Origin: Craspedostauros australis
Lineage: Eukaryota
Length of the DNA stretch: 43,041 bases
Direction: 5' to 3'
Assembly: GCA_030167865.1 (NCBI GenBank)
Contig: JALAGF010005541.1
Span: 1 to 43,041 of the forward strand
Positions 1 through 12,251 of this stretch are shown here, piece by piece (position 1 is the stretch's first letter; each line of letters begins with the position of its first letter). The translations under genes were made by a program, and so were the position numbers. The notes beneath the pieces are model-generated. The model saw nothing but the letters and a program-made list of their open reading frames with translations. It was not told the DNA's origin and did no database searches.

Positions 1-1149
1 GAGAAGATGGTGCCGATACCAAAGAAGGTGATCGCACCATCGTTCGCCTTGAGGTACTCCTCCTGGAGTTGCTGGGTGGTCTTGTCTTGTGTTGTCACCG
101 GGGCACTGGCGGTTGTGATGACGGCATCACCTCCACCTAGGCTCCCGTCCAGCTCAACATACCGATCCTTGTCCAGATCTTCGCCGAAGCCTGGGAAGAA
201 GAGGGATCGGAAGAGCTGGGATTTGGTGTCATCTCTTCGAGGTCCGACGAGCTGGATGGGTGTGTCGGGACAGCTCGGGTCCAGCTCGGACCATTTCTTG
301 ACTTCTGGTTCATCGTCGGGAAAGGCAGGGGCGGCGTGGTCATCTCGACCGCTCTTGTTGATTTCATTCTCGTTCCAGTTGGAGAAGATCCAGCGGATCT
401 GTTCTGTGGTGAGTGCATCCTTGAGGTTCCTGCGGATGCATTCTGCGATGGGGCTGGACTTGTGATAGGCCAATGCGATGCCTTCCTTGGCGATTTCGAT
501 CTGTGTGGTCGTTTGTGATGTGGGTGTGAACATGTGGGCGTGGGCGTAAGTGTGAGCATGAATTTAAGTGTGGTGGTTTCATCATCACCAACTCGGCTAC
601 GATCGCTCATGAACACCAAGGCAGAGCAACATCGCCGCTTCATCAACCTTTCATTCAAGTCAACATGCTTTGCCTGCGTTCGCATGGTGTTTGTACTATA
701 CGTACCTGCAGAGCAGCCCGACTTGATCGTTTGCATTCGTAGAGGTACTCGCGAGTACCCTCGGACTGATCTGGCAGCACCACGGCTTCCGAAGACGTCC
801 ATGGCCGTGACATGCCTGCTGCGTCCGCCACAGATGATGATGAAGTACCGCACAGCATGGATCCAGCTGCATTGGAACCCGATACATCCTCCAGTCGGAT
901 GTCGGCGGAGCAGTCCTGTGGTTGATCGGTATCAAAGTAGAGGTTGGCCCATCGATCGAGAAGCGGGTAGATGGCGGAGCTGGCGGCGATGGAGACCTGT
1001 TCATCGGTACCGCTGCCATCGGCGCTGTTGGCGCTGTCACATTGGTAGGTGGTGACAGAGGCAGCCATGGTGACATTGATGAACGAGGTGAGGATGATGG
1101 CGCTAAAGAGCGGGAGGAGCATCCTTGCTGTGGGTGTCACCATCGTCAT
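1..1149 (-). CDS. Secreted PstS-like (periplasmic binding protein type II, phosphate-binding-like) protein; 3' end lies outside the window
   Basis: Exon 1 is 1149-706 (signal peptide MTMVTPTARMLLPLFSAIILTSFINVTMAA; motifs VSIAASSAIYPLLDRWANLY and DAAGMSRPW). Intron 705-501 is GTACGT...CACAG, phase 0. Exon 2 from 500 reads IEIAKEGIALAY...LTTEQIRWIFS...KKWSELDPSCPDTPIQLVGP...NDGAITFFG and stays open to base 1. These segments match the PstS/PBP pattern. Confidence 0.8.
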
Positions 1150-1434
1150 GGAAGCCGCTGTTGGCGTTGTCGTTGTCCTTGCAGATGCAGTTGATGTTGG
1201 TCAGAAGGAGGGTGATTTACCCCTTTTGTAAAGATGTGGGAAGTGATTTGTGAGGAAAGCAGTGCGTTTCGATGTGATGCATGCAGCTGAATTTGTCTCC
1301 ACCAGAGAGTACTGTTGGCGTCTTGGGGAAGAAAGTGATCGTTGTGTACAACAATTGAGGAGGTGGGATAGTTCGTTGACTTTGCGATGGAGCAATGCGG
1401 TTCTGTGAACAAGGTCTTCACCGCTTTCCTTTCC

Positions 1435-1492
1435 TTTGGTTTGGTTTGGTTTGGTTTGGTTTGGTTTGGTTTGGTTGGGCTTGGCTTGGCTT
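1435..1492. repeat. Pentanucleotide microsatellite (TTTGG)n grading into (CTTGG)n
   Basis: Directly visible tandem array about 290 bp upstream of the PstS-like ATG; reads (CCAAA)n on that gene's sense strand. Confidence 0.9.
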
Positions 1493-4400
1493 GTTCCGAT
1501 TCAATTTTGTGGCGGTAATTGAGTGCTGGATTCGCGGGACAAGGGTGTATAGCAAAGCTCAAGGTTTTTCGTTGGGCACATCAACAACCGCGACACGCTT
1601 CTTTCTTGGCGCAGTTCCCTTTCGCAGAGAGGTACCGCCCGATCTCCGCAAAACAATGCGCTGCGATGCAACCTCGTGCACATGTGCCCACCGTGGAGGT
1701 GACGAAAGACAAGACTGCGGACACCATCTTTCCAGGGTGTCGTGACATCTTTCCCACAAGCTTGGGTGTCATGTTGCATTCTCTTGCGGGCAGAGTTGAC
1801 AACTTCAAGCAGACTGCCGCTAACACATCAGCACAGGTTCTGGTATAGATCGTCAGTTGTCGTGATTATGATTGATAACCACAGCGCTCGAAGCTGGTTG
1901 AACACAGCACAAGCACAAGCTAACTCGTATCTACAAGCGTTCTGCCTTGCCTTGCCTTGGCTCGTGTTTGTGCTTCTTCTGCTCGTTGTCCACGCCGGGC
2001 CAACACTTGAAGGAACCTGAAATCGCTCACGTTTTCGCTTCGTGTGCTAACTCCTCCAATGGTTCCACTCGTGCTTCGCGCCTCCTGCTTCATACTAGAA
2101 GTTGACGAGTACAATGGAAGCGGATCGGATGCACAGCACAGATGGAGATGGAGAGAGAGGACAAGATCGAGTCCGTGCAGGTGCGACTGTCACCTATTCT
2201 GCGAAAACAACTCTGGAGCGTCCATCCTGATCAAGCCAACCGCGGATGCGAGGATGGCAGCTCGTATCCAACAAGTGCCGGCGTCTGCACATCGGCGAAG
2301 AGCCTATTTTGTGAGCTCTCAGTGCGTGGTGCGCGAACATCAAGAGGAGGTCTTTTTGCAATTTTCTTCCCACGTTGCTTAATTCTAAGAAATTGTCATG
2401 ACATCACTTCTGTGGAACAGAACATCAATGAGGTCAGTCTTGACGCCACCCCAGAATAAAAACCATGGCGGTGACCTTTCTCTAACGCTTCGGTTGTGTT
2501 CCATCGCGCCAAGGAGACCACGAACGAACGCCTCCAAGTTCACGAATGACAATTCTTGGATTACCAAAGTTCGTGTTTGTTGCAGGGAGAGAAACATCAA
2601 GAAACAAAGAGGTCCAAACGCTTCTCTCCTGCTTATCACCAGGGCACAGAAGCCAAGTGGAAATATGACATTGACATCCACAGGGGACACGGAAAGAGTG
2701 ATGAGGACATTGCTGCTGGCGGATTCCGACGCCATCACCTTCGCGTTGGAGCTGCGTCAACGGTACCTAAGAGGTGGCCACAACACTCGTGTGGTGGCTC
2801 GTGCGAGTTGCTTGTATCATCGTTGCCGCTTACACATCTCACAACAAGCCAGGGTCGAAATCGGCTCGCGCAGGGGCCGGAGTTCATGTTCCTATCAAGA
2901 CGAAACCTCTCGCTGATGGGATTGTTGAATGGGCCAGGCCGATTCGGAGCTCGCGCTTTGTGGGGGGCAAATCTGCGACTTCGCAGCTCACGTCCCGCGC
3001 TTCGTTCGGCCCTCGAAAAGGATGCCTCATCCTCCAAACCATTGGCAGCTCGCGCCCATGGATGGTGCTATGAGTGCCATGCACTCATGGAACACGATGA
3101 TCCTTGGGATGAGTGTGGTGGCTCGTTTCTTTTTTGGATGGAGGTTCGATGGTGACCTCGGATCCGTGATAGTGTGTGGGCAACGCGGATAGTTCGTCGC
3201 TTTGATTTGGCTCCAAGAGTTGCATTCATTCCTTTCCTCCAGCTGTTCTGTCTCCGTTCTCCCATCGTCTGGTTTCATCCCTCTTGTTTCGCTTGCCCTC
3301 CTGTCTTCATGCTCCCGACCATCTTGGCGCTTCCCTATTGCCCTGTTGAGCATGAAGTTCTCCTCTGGGTCGTATTGGTACAACACCTTGTTGCCATGTG
3401 TGCTCTTCTCGTTCATCATGGACCGTGTGTATCCGCACGCGGCAACCAACTTGGCGAGTGGAGCGCAACATGCCATGTAACCCTGTTGGTAAGCGGGCTC
3501 TGGACGAGTAGTTGGAACTTTCCGACACTGTTCAAAATCGAATTACATTCATAGATCGCACGAAAAGAAACGAAGATTGATCGGCCGCTGTGATCTTGGA
3601 CAATTTGGGCATGACGAGGAGGCAGCCAGCTGAGCCCTCGCACGGGATGTTGACGCCCGATGGCAACAATGGCCGGAGTGCAGCCGGCGATCCCCTCCTG
3701 TTTGTGAAGTGATAGAGGCGAGAAAGTTCTCGGCGTTTGGGGGTGGATACCACCGGTATTCGCAGATACTATACTCCATCTGCCTTCATCAGCTCAGACC
3801 ACACGGGTAGAGATGCATCCATCCTGGAGATTGGCGACCATGAAGAAGGGTCACCATCGCATCGCATCGCATGTTGTGGGTACTTGCCCACGCGAATAGT
3901 GTGTGATGGCGAGCGTGAGTATGCGATTCCGAGCTCGTATGACTTTGCGCCATTGACAAAGGAGAAAGGGACCTCCGACGCAAGGCGATCAATGAAGGCC
4001 AAGCAACAACAACAACAGCAATGCTGACGGCGAAGTATCCATTCGGCATTCGATCCAAAGCATCGCCTTCATCGGTTGCAATCAACCAATTCCAAGTCAG
4101 GATCTGCAAGTTTCGAATTCTGCAACATCGCCCCGGTCTTCAACAGCTATTCTCGTTGGACATCGCTTTCGGAGCAGGAACACTGCCACCAAAACTATAG
4201 CTCGAAGGCAACGCAAGCAATCTTTCATCTCATCGCTTGCCGAGATCATTTGGAGACAGATTGCACGGGCTACTCTCCGCGTACATGCGCGAGAGATCTC
4301 CTCCTTTTGCTCTACAAAGTCGCGAAAATGGACCACTGCAAACTCCCCAGCAGTAGGTGAAATCTACTGGCAGCTGCGACGACAGTCGCTGTGCGCGGAG

Positions 4401-6530
4401 TGCATCTACTCTGTGTATTCCACCATGTATCTGCGTTTTCGCTTTCCATGTACCGATACTATTTACGATCAAAGTCTACATCGAAAACGCCTGTATAGTC
4501 CGTTACGGATGTCGGCGCAACACAGTGTCCTAAATTGTCCGTTACCTGGTTGGGATCGAATGACATTGGAATTAACCGGCGCGAATCATCGGAAGAAGTT
4601 CGTCGCCTGTTTGCGTTTTCGCAACGCGACTATGGAGAGTCATCGACAGTGGAGGGTCACAGGCGAAGCAGGTTCGATACCACGGGATCGACACGAACGT
4701 GAGGACTTCCGCAGGGCCTATTTTCGAAGACAGACGTGGGGAAGGCACAATCGGGCGCTTACTATTGACAAAGGCAACACGCAACCAACCAACGAACCAA
4801 CCAACGAAAACAGGAGCAAGAAGGACCAATGAAAAACAAAGGGAGCGCTGAGCAAGGGCGGTTGTTGGCCAAAGTCCCGAAAGGCGGCCATCCACGCTTG
4901 TTCTATTCGTGTGTGTTGCGAAAATTCATGTTGATAAGTACGATCCGTGCAAGTACAGCAGAGTACTCTGCTGAAGCCACTTGGACAAGTACTGAAGAGT
5001 GGTAATGTGCGAGTGCCGCCAAACGAGAAACCAAAAGACCGAAGCGACGCGACGGACAAAGGCCAGGCGCGCGACGTGAACTGCAACGAGAGTGAAGCCA
5101 ACGGAGAGACCAGAACAAGAAAGAAGAGCTGAAAAACGGAAGCCACCAAGACAATCCGGGGAGAGGAAGCGTGGATCGAAAAAGGACACAGCGACAAGAA
5201 ACTACCACAAGCCACACATCTGCATCCACCACCACGGCGACCAACAGCCAGCAACCGACAACGAACAAGAGGGCATCAGAGACAGACACTTCACACCTTG
5301 ATTTCTCTGTCTGCTGCATGCATCCTTCCTGTGGAAGGGCATCATCCATCTCTCTCTCACACAGACCCACAGACCCACACATTGGCACGCAGAGCCACCA
5401 ACTTCGATTTGGAAAGTGGCAGGAGCGAGCACATTGATTCGCCGGTGAGTGTTTTGATCCAGTGGAGGCGCGGTGCTTGGTTGATCGCGGCGTTGATGAC
5501 AGTGCGGCGCAGGGGGATCGTCATCGGCGTCAGGGGGCTGAGGCTGACGGCAACAAGAGGAACGGTGGCATGAAGACGCCGGCAGGAAAGAGCCACCATG
5601 GCGTCGCCGCCGGTTCCATCCAAGCCGAGCAACCACAGCTTGAGCAAGAACGACGAGAGGAGTAACGGTTGCCAACGAAATCAGGTTGCTGACGAGCGGA
5701 AACGGCCAGGAAAAACGCTCCTACACGCGACTGATACATTGCCTTGCGTTCCACGATCCGCACCGACGGCTGATTCAAAAGGAGAAGAGACAGGCACACC
5801 AACCAACGTCAGTTGCGCGGTGACGCGGTGATGGGAGTGCGATGACGGTGACGATGACAGGACAGCACAGTTCCTCTGTGCGGTGATGCAGACACCACAG
5901 AGATAAAAAGAAACAGAGAGGTTGGGAGGGTGGAGAAAACCCCGGTTTTATCATGACTATCATCGCTTCCGCCAAGCCAACACGAGCACTTGCGCGCCCG
6001 TCGCTCCTCCATCTCCCCCCGATTTTCGCGCGTTCTTTTTGTGCCCTGCCACGATCTGTGACGTTCTTCGGCTCTCTCACACATTCCTTCTGTCTGGCTC
6101 TCTCTGTCTCGCTTTGTGTGTTGAATCTCTCTGGTGTTCCTTTGATTCGAATTGCCCAACATGACGCAATACCGCTCTCCTGGTCCTGGTTTGCCTTCAC
6201 ACAACACAACACCAGACCACGCGCCACACACGTTCCAGATTCAGACACATTCTTTCCGTTTGAGATTCGGGAAGCAATAACCCGAACTGAGCACACAAAC
6301 AGCTGCAACTGCAACCACAACTGGCAACGCAATCACGACCACAACCACGACCATAACCCCAACCACAGCCATAGCTGAGCCAACGTAAGGCAAACACACG
6401 CAACGTAAGAGCTGATCCAATCAAGAAGCGCGACGGATACAACGTGCAAACAGAGATTAGGAGACCGATCCAGAGACCTGGATTGGTACATAGTCGTACG
6501 ACAACAAAAGCAACAACAAGAAAGAAGAGG

Positions 6531-9500
6531 ATGGGACCCTCTCCCAACTTCGTGGACGAGCCACGTCAGGAACATGACCCCAGACCTATCATGCGGGCGC
6601 CTGTGCCGACTCCACCAGGAATGATGTCACCACAACAACAACAACAGCCACCGCGATCATCCTTTGAGCGACAGGTGCAGGCAGAACTGTTTCCCAGTAA
6701 GGGAGGCCTTGCCAGTGGCAGCAGCGGCGGCAAAAAGCCAACTCGGAGGTCCAGCCAGCTCAGCAGGGTGCATTTCCAGGAGGACGACCCCACTAACTCA
6801 AACGCCCTGGGCAAGAGCTACCCTGCGATGAACGGTGCCAACGGTGCCGAGGCGCCTGCCATGGTTGCCGGAGGGCAATTCGGTCAGCAGCCCGGTGACC
6901 CCAACGAAATCTCCTACTTCAACGGCGGCAATCCACCACGCAAAGATTCCAACTACAACGATGCCAGCATGGAGTTCGAAAACGGCCCGCAGACCAACGA
7001 GATGGACGGAGCCGTCGTCTCGGTCCCAAACGATCACAACCTCGACGATCCCCTCGACGATCCCCTCGACGATGAAGTGCTGGACGACTCCTCGGAGAGC
7101 ACCAACTACCTCAATTCTCGCCGCAATTCATCCGACATGTCCTCCGTGGGTGGTGGAACGTCCATGTCACCGGACAGCCCCCACAGCACGGGGAGCCGCA
7201 ATCGCCGCAGAAACACCCTCGCGCACAAGGAGACCCAGGCAGTCAACAGAAGCAAGATCTGCGTCTACCTCGTGCTCTTCGTTGCCGCCGTCTCCGTCGG
7301 TGTCACCACATTCGTCATTCTGGAAGACGATGAAGTCGATGACTACGAAAATCAGGTGAGTCCTCTGCGTGTATTCCATTCTGTGTATCTTGGAGACTCG
7401 CTTCTCTTCTTCACTCGGCCCTGTTGACTCCGAGCATTGGGAATCGTATACTACAGAGTGCGCAGCGTTGGCAACATTGCACCGTGTCAGATTCATCCCC
7501 CGCCGTTCCGCTCCTCGTCCCTGTCGATGCCCTTGTCCATGTCCTTGTCCATGCCCACCACTAGCAACTCACAAGCCCCACCCGTCTTCATCGCCCAACT
7601 GCTCACATCTATCCATCGATCTATGACCTTCCGCAGTTCAAAAACTTTGCGGAAGAGATTCTCGACTTTGCAGACACCAACGCAAAGAGCTTCTTCAGGG
7701 ACCTCAAAACCATCAGCAACACTGTCACTTCGTTCGGCACTCATGAGTTTCATACTAACCACGCGGACCAGCTCTGGCCCAACCTCACCATTCCTCACTT
7801 TGATGGGCGGACGACGGACTTTGCCGGCACGGTCGCTGGGCCTGAGCTCTACCTATTCTCCCCCATCGTCAATTCGGGACAGCGCGGCAAGTTCCAAGAG
7901 TATGCGAGGGAGAACCAGGGGTGGATCGAGGAGGATCTGGCCCTGCGCGGCCTGGCCTCCGTGGACCCTGGTGCCATCCCGGACGAAATCTACAGCTTCA
8001 CCAACGACCAAGCAGACATCAGCCAAAAAAAGTCCGTCCCCATATGGCAGGTGGCACCCGTCCCCACAAACGCCCAAATCGTCATGCTGGATCTCTACAC
8101 TCATCCATCATTCGCGCGCAGCGTCGATGACGTGCTGGAGGTCCAGAACGGCCTCCTCAGCGAGGTGGTGGATGTGGATTTCCTCACTCAAAACATCGGA
8201 ACGCTGAAGCAAACGGAAGAGCAGAAGGCGCATCCACGATCGTACGCAGTGCAGCCAGTGTTCAACAAGTTCGAGGGCGATGGGACTGTCCCAGCCGAGC
8301 GGGAACTCGTCGGGGTCCTCTTTGCCGTCATTCCATGGAATTCTTACTTTGTCAACACATTGGCACCGGGCACTGGGGGGATCCTGGTGCATGTCCAGGA
8401 CACGTGTGGTTTCAGCTTTGGCTACGAGCTCAATGGCCCCGAGGCGAGGTACCTGGGCGTCAACCCACGACTGCCATCGAAGAAGTTCACGAAGCTTAAA
8501 GAAACGAGGGACTTTGCCGAGTTTGCACGTTTCAGCGGAAACCGATCATCCGAGTTTGTCCGCCATTGCGACTACACCATCTCGGTGTATCCGACCAGTC
8601 AGTTCCTTGACAGTTTCAAGACGACCAAGCCGATATGGTTGACGACCGTCGTGGTCCTCGTCTTCTTCTTCACCGCCATCGTGTTCATCATGTACGATTT
8701 CTTCGTCCAGCGTCGGCAGAACAAGGTCCTCATGACAGCCCAGAGGACCACTGCCATCGTGTCTTCGCTCTTCCCCAAGAACATTCAGAAACGTATCCTC
8801 GACGATGCCAATGACGTGAGCGGCAAGAACAACCTGAGCAGCAACGCCAAGACCTTCCGCCGTGCAACGCTCACTGCCAAGCACCATCTCAAGAACTTTT
8901 TGGGTGAGGATTCTGGAGAAGGCCCGCAGCGTGTGCAGCCGACGGCTGGGGTCGACACGCTGGGCCCGCAACAAGCCAACGAGATCGACACTGGCGACTA
9001 CCTCTTCCAGTCCAAGCCGATCGCTGATTTCTTTCCGGTACGTTTGTCTGCGAAATGGTGCTGCAATTTGATGAACCGCTCCAAAAAGCTGGTCGGTGTA
9101 TGCGTGAGCGAATGCATGCATGCATGCAGGAGCCGGCCGGCCTGAACAATCACTCTGCCATGCTCTGTATTTTGCTTCGCTTGGTGTAGTTCATTTGTCT
9201 GCTTTCGCTTTGCTGACACATCTTTTCACTCCCATCTGCACGCGCCGTATGCAAAAATCATCAATGCATGCATCTGTGTCTTCATGATTACAGGACACAA
9301 CCATCATGTTTGCGGATATTGTCGGTTTCACGGCATGGTCGAGTACGCGTGAGCCTTCCCAGGTCTTCACCTTGCTTGAAACGATTTACCATGAGTTCGA
9401 TCAGATCGCCAAGCAAAGGCGCGTGTTCAAAGTCGAAACAGTCGGAGATTGCTACGTCGCCGTCGCCGGGTTGCCAGATCCACGCAAGGATCACGCTATG

Positions 9501-11686
9501 GTTATGGCACGTTTCGGTCGCGATTGTTCCACGCAGATGCGCGTCCTGACGAAGCGGCTGGAAGTCGTGCTGGGACCAGATACTGCCGATCTCAGCATGC
9601 GCATCGGTTTGCACAGCGGTCCTGTGACTGCCGGTGTGCTGCGTGGTGAACGTGCTCGATTCCAATTGTTCGGTGACACCATGAACACTGCGTCTCGCAT
9701 GGAATCCACAGGGTCGCCAGGAAGGATCCAGGTCTCGCGAGAAATGGCAGACGAGCTGGTGCATGCCGGAAAGGGACATTGGATCAAACCACGATCCGAC
9801 AAGGTCCTTGTGAAAGGAAAGGGAGAAATGCAAACGGTACGTCTATCTCGTATCGTATCGCAGTGCCGTGCATGGCAGTGCAGCCGAGTCCGGAAACAAT
9901 GTTTTTGAGGCTTGTTTAGCGCCTTGCTGTTGTCGATGATGCTCTGGTGGTGCGCCATGGACAGACACTTGACTTGGCTGGATTATGCGCAACATAGGAC
10001 ATGTACTCTTTTGTCTCTCTGATCAAACGGCTCAACTTTTCAATGACACAAACACCAATACTCGTACCCACGTGAACTCTGTCGCATCGTCAATTCCGCA
10101 TGCGATACGCAACCTCGTACAACATCCGCATGTGAACTGAACAGTACTGGTTGGAGGTCAAGGGAGAATCCAACAGCACCAACGGTATGGAGTCTTCCGC
10201 ATCGAAGGTCAAGACCGCTCAGACAGACAGCGAAACCTCGAGCTCTGGAGAAGGACATACCACGCAGATGGTCATGGAGGAAGAACACTCGGAGGTTGCT
10301 GATGAGCCAAGCGTGGTCACCATGGGCAACAAGAGACTCACGGACCGCCTGCAGCGTTTGGTGAACTGGAACGTCGACCTGCTGTCTCGGTTGCTTCAGG
10401 AAGTCATTGCACGCCGGCAGACGAAGGGCACAGCCCCGGATCCGGAGGAGCACCTATCCGGTCTCGAGAAGGACATTCTGCACACCAGCGAAAACTCCCT
10501 GGCCGAGGTTTGCGAGATCATCAAGCTGCCAGCCTACAGGCCGGAATTCAAACTGGCCAACCCTGCAGCGGTCCTACTGTCCGACGAGATCATCGAGCAG
10601 CTGCGCCACTTCATCACCATGCTGGCACTGATGTACCACGACAATCCATTCCACAACTTCGAGCACGCCAGTCACGTCACCATGTCCGTAGTGAAGCTGT
10701 TCTCGCGTATCGTCGCCCCGGATCTCGATCACGTCGCTGACACGGAGCTGGCACGCAGTTTGCACGATCACACGTACGGGATCACCAGCGACCCGCTGAC
10801 CCAATTCGCTGTGATTCTTTCCGCTCTGATTCACGACGCCGATCACCCAGGTGTGCCCAACACGCAGCTGATCAAGGAGGGCAGCGGCATGGCAGACGTG
10901 TACGCCAACAAGTCCATCGCTGAGCAGAACTCCGTGGATCTGGCATGGGCGTTGCTCATGAAGCACCAGTACAAGGAGCTGCGACAGGCGCTGTACGTGA
11001 CCGAGAAGGAATTCAAACGCTTCCGACAGCTAGTGGTGAACACAGTGCTGGCTACGGACATCATGGACAAGGGCCTGAAGACGTTGCGAAACAGCCGTTG
11101 GGACAAGGCATTCTCGTTGGAGCAACAATCCGTCGCGGATTCACCACGTGACGAGATCAATCGCAAGGCAACGATTGTGATTGAGCACTTGATCCAGGCG
11201 TCCGATGTGGCGCACACGATGCAGCATTGGCACATTTACAGGGTACGTTTTGTTTGTGATGGGGCGAATGCCGAGTTCTGGTTGAACGCACAGAAGTGTA
11301 TTGCATTGCGGCATGTTCTGTTGTGGGGATTTGTCCATCTCACACAGTTGTTGTTCGCCTTGGTTGGATCTCTCTTCTTATGCTGTGTTTGCTGGCCGCT
11401 GCAGAAATGGAACGCACGACTGTTCGACGAGATGTACAAGGCTTACCTTTCCGGCAGATCAGACGTCGACCCTTCGCAGAATTGGTATCAGGGCGAGATC
11501 GGATTCTTCGACTTTTACATCATCCCGTTGGCGAAGAAGCTGAAGGACTGCGGTGTCTTCGGTGTGTCGTCGGACGAGTACCTGCAGTACGCGCTGAACA
11601 ACCGAAACGAGTGGGAGCGCAAGGGAGAGGAGATCGTTGCCCAGCTGTTGGAGTCCGCAAAGGAGAATCATGGGGAGGCTCATTAG
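6531..11686 (+). CDS. Receptor-type class III nucleotide (guanylate-like) cyclase fused to a class I cyclic-nucleotide phosphodiesterase, about 1382 aa, 5 exons
   Basis: Exons 6531-7355, 7637-9037, 9294-9836, 10145-11242 and 11405-11686 are joined in frame by GT-AG phase-0 introns. TM1 ICVYLVLFVAAVSVGVTTFVIL, an extracellular CHASE-like region, TM2 IWLTTVVVLVFFFTAIVFIMYDFFV and helix AIVSSLFP precede the cyclase motifs MFADIVGFT, FKVETVGDCY, MRIGLHSGPVTAGVL and FQLFGDTMNTASRMES. PDE motifs are HNFEHASHV, IHDADHPG, LATD and ASDVAH. The start is the first in-frame ATG after a stop at 6372. Confidence 0.92.
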
Positions 11687-12251
11687 GGGACAACGGCAAG
11701 GCGCAGACCGAGATTGGGAATATCGCTGCGCAGGCTACTGTTGCTCCGAGAAAGCTGAGTAACTGTCCAGCAGCGGCGATGTCCAACATTCGCATCATAC
11801 ATTTTATGTCACACAAGAGAATACTCCAGTGTCGTGTGCATTATTGTGTTGAGAGAGTAGAGTGCTGTTGAGCATGTTTGATGTCGGTTGGCCAGAGCCG
11901 TCGTGTGCACGTATGATACAACCTGCCATGGTCGAACGCGTACGGCAAAGGAAGTTGTACATGGATTGGTCGGTGTGCTATTGTCATGGCCACACCAGTA
12001 ACAACAGAAAGCGTGTGAAGATTCTTCCATGTTGCTCAACGCGACACAAAACACGACATGAGGTTCTGTGGCGTGTTGAGCAAACAGACAGCGACACAAC
12101 AGTCTTGATTTCATCGCAGATGGTCGCTGCACAAATGAGCAACACCAACACATCACATCACATCACATCGCGTGGATTGGTGCCGGCATCGACAGAAGCA
12201 GCACCACCACTGCCGCCACTGCCACCACTGCCATCAATGCCATCAGCAAGG

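Noticed and set aside
4660..4695. GGTTCGATAC resembling a tRNA T-loop
   Set aside because: No pairing T-stem, acceptor stem or anticodon arm surrounds it.
1500..4700. Many 60-200-aa ORFs that might be a decayed gene or TE
   Set aside because: I could not recognise any protein motif, consistent frame or splice-linked chain; BLASTX would be needed to exclude a remnant.
11862..12251. 130-aa N-terminal extension of GPI8 in the ORF track
   Set aside because: It starts at a non-ATG codon just after the cyclase 3' end, includes leader-type CATCA repeats, and would bury the signal peptide.
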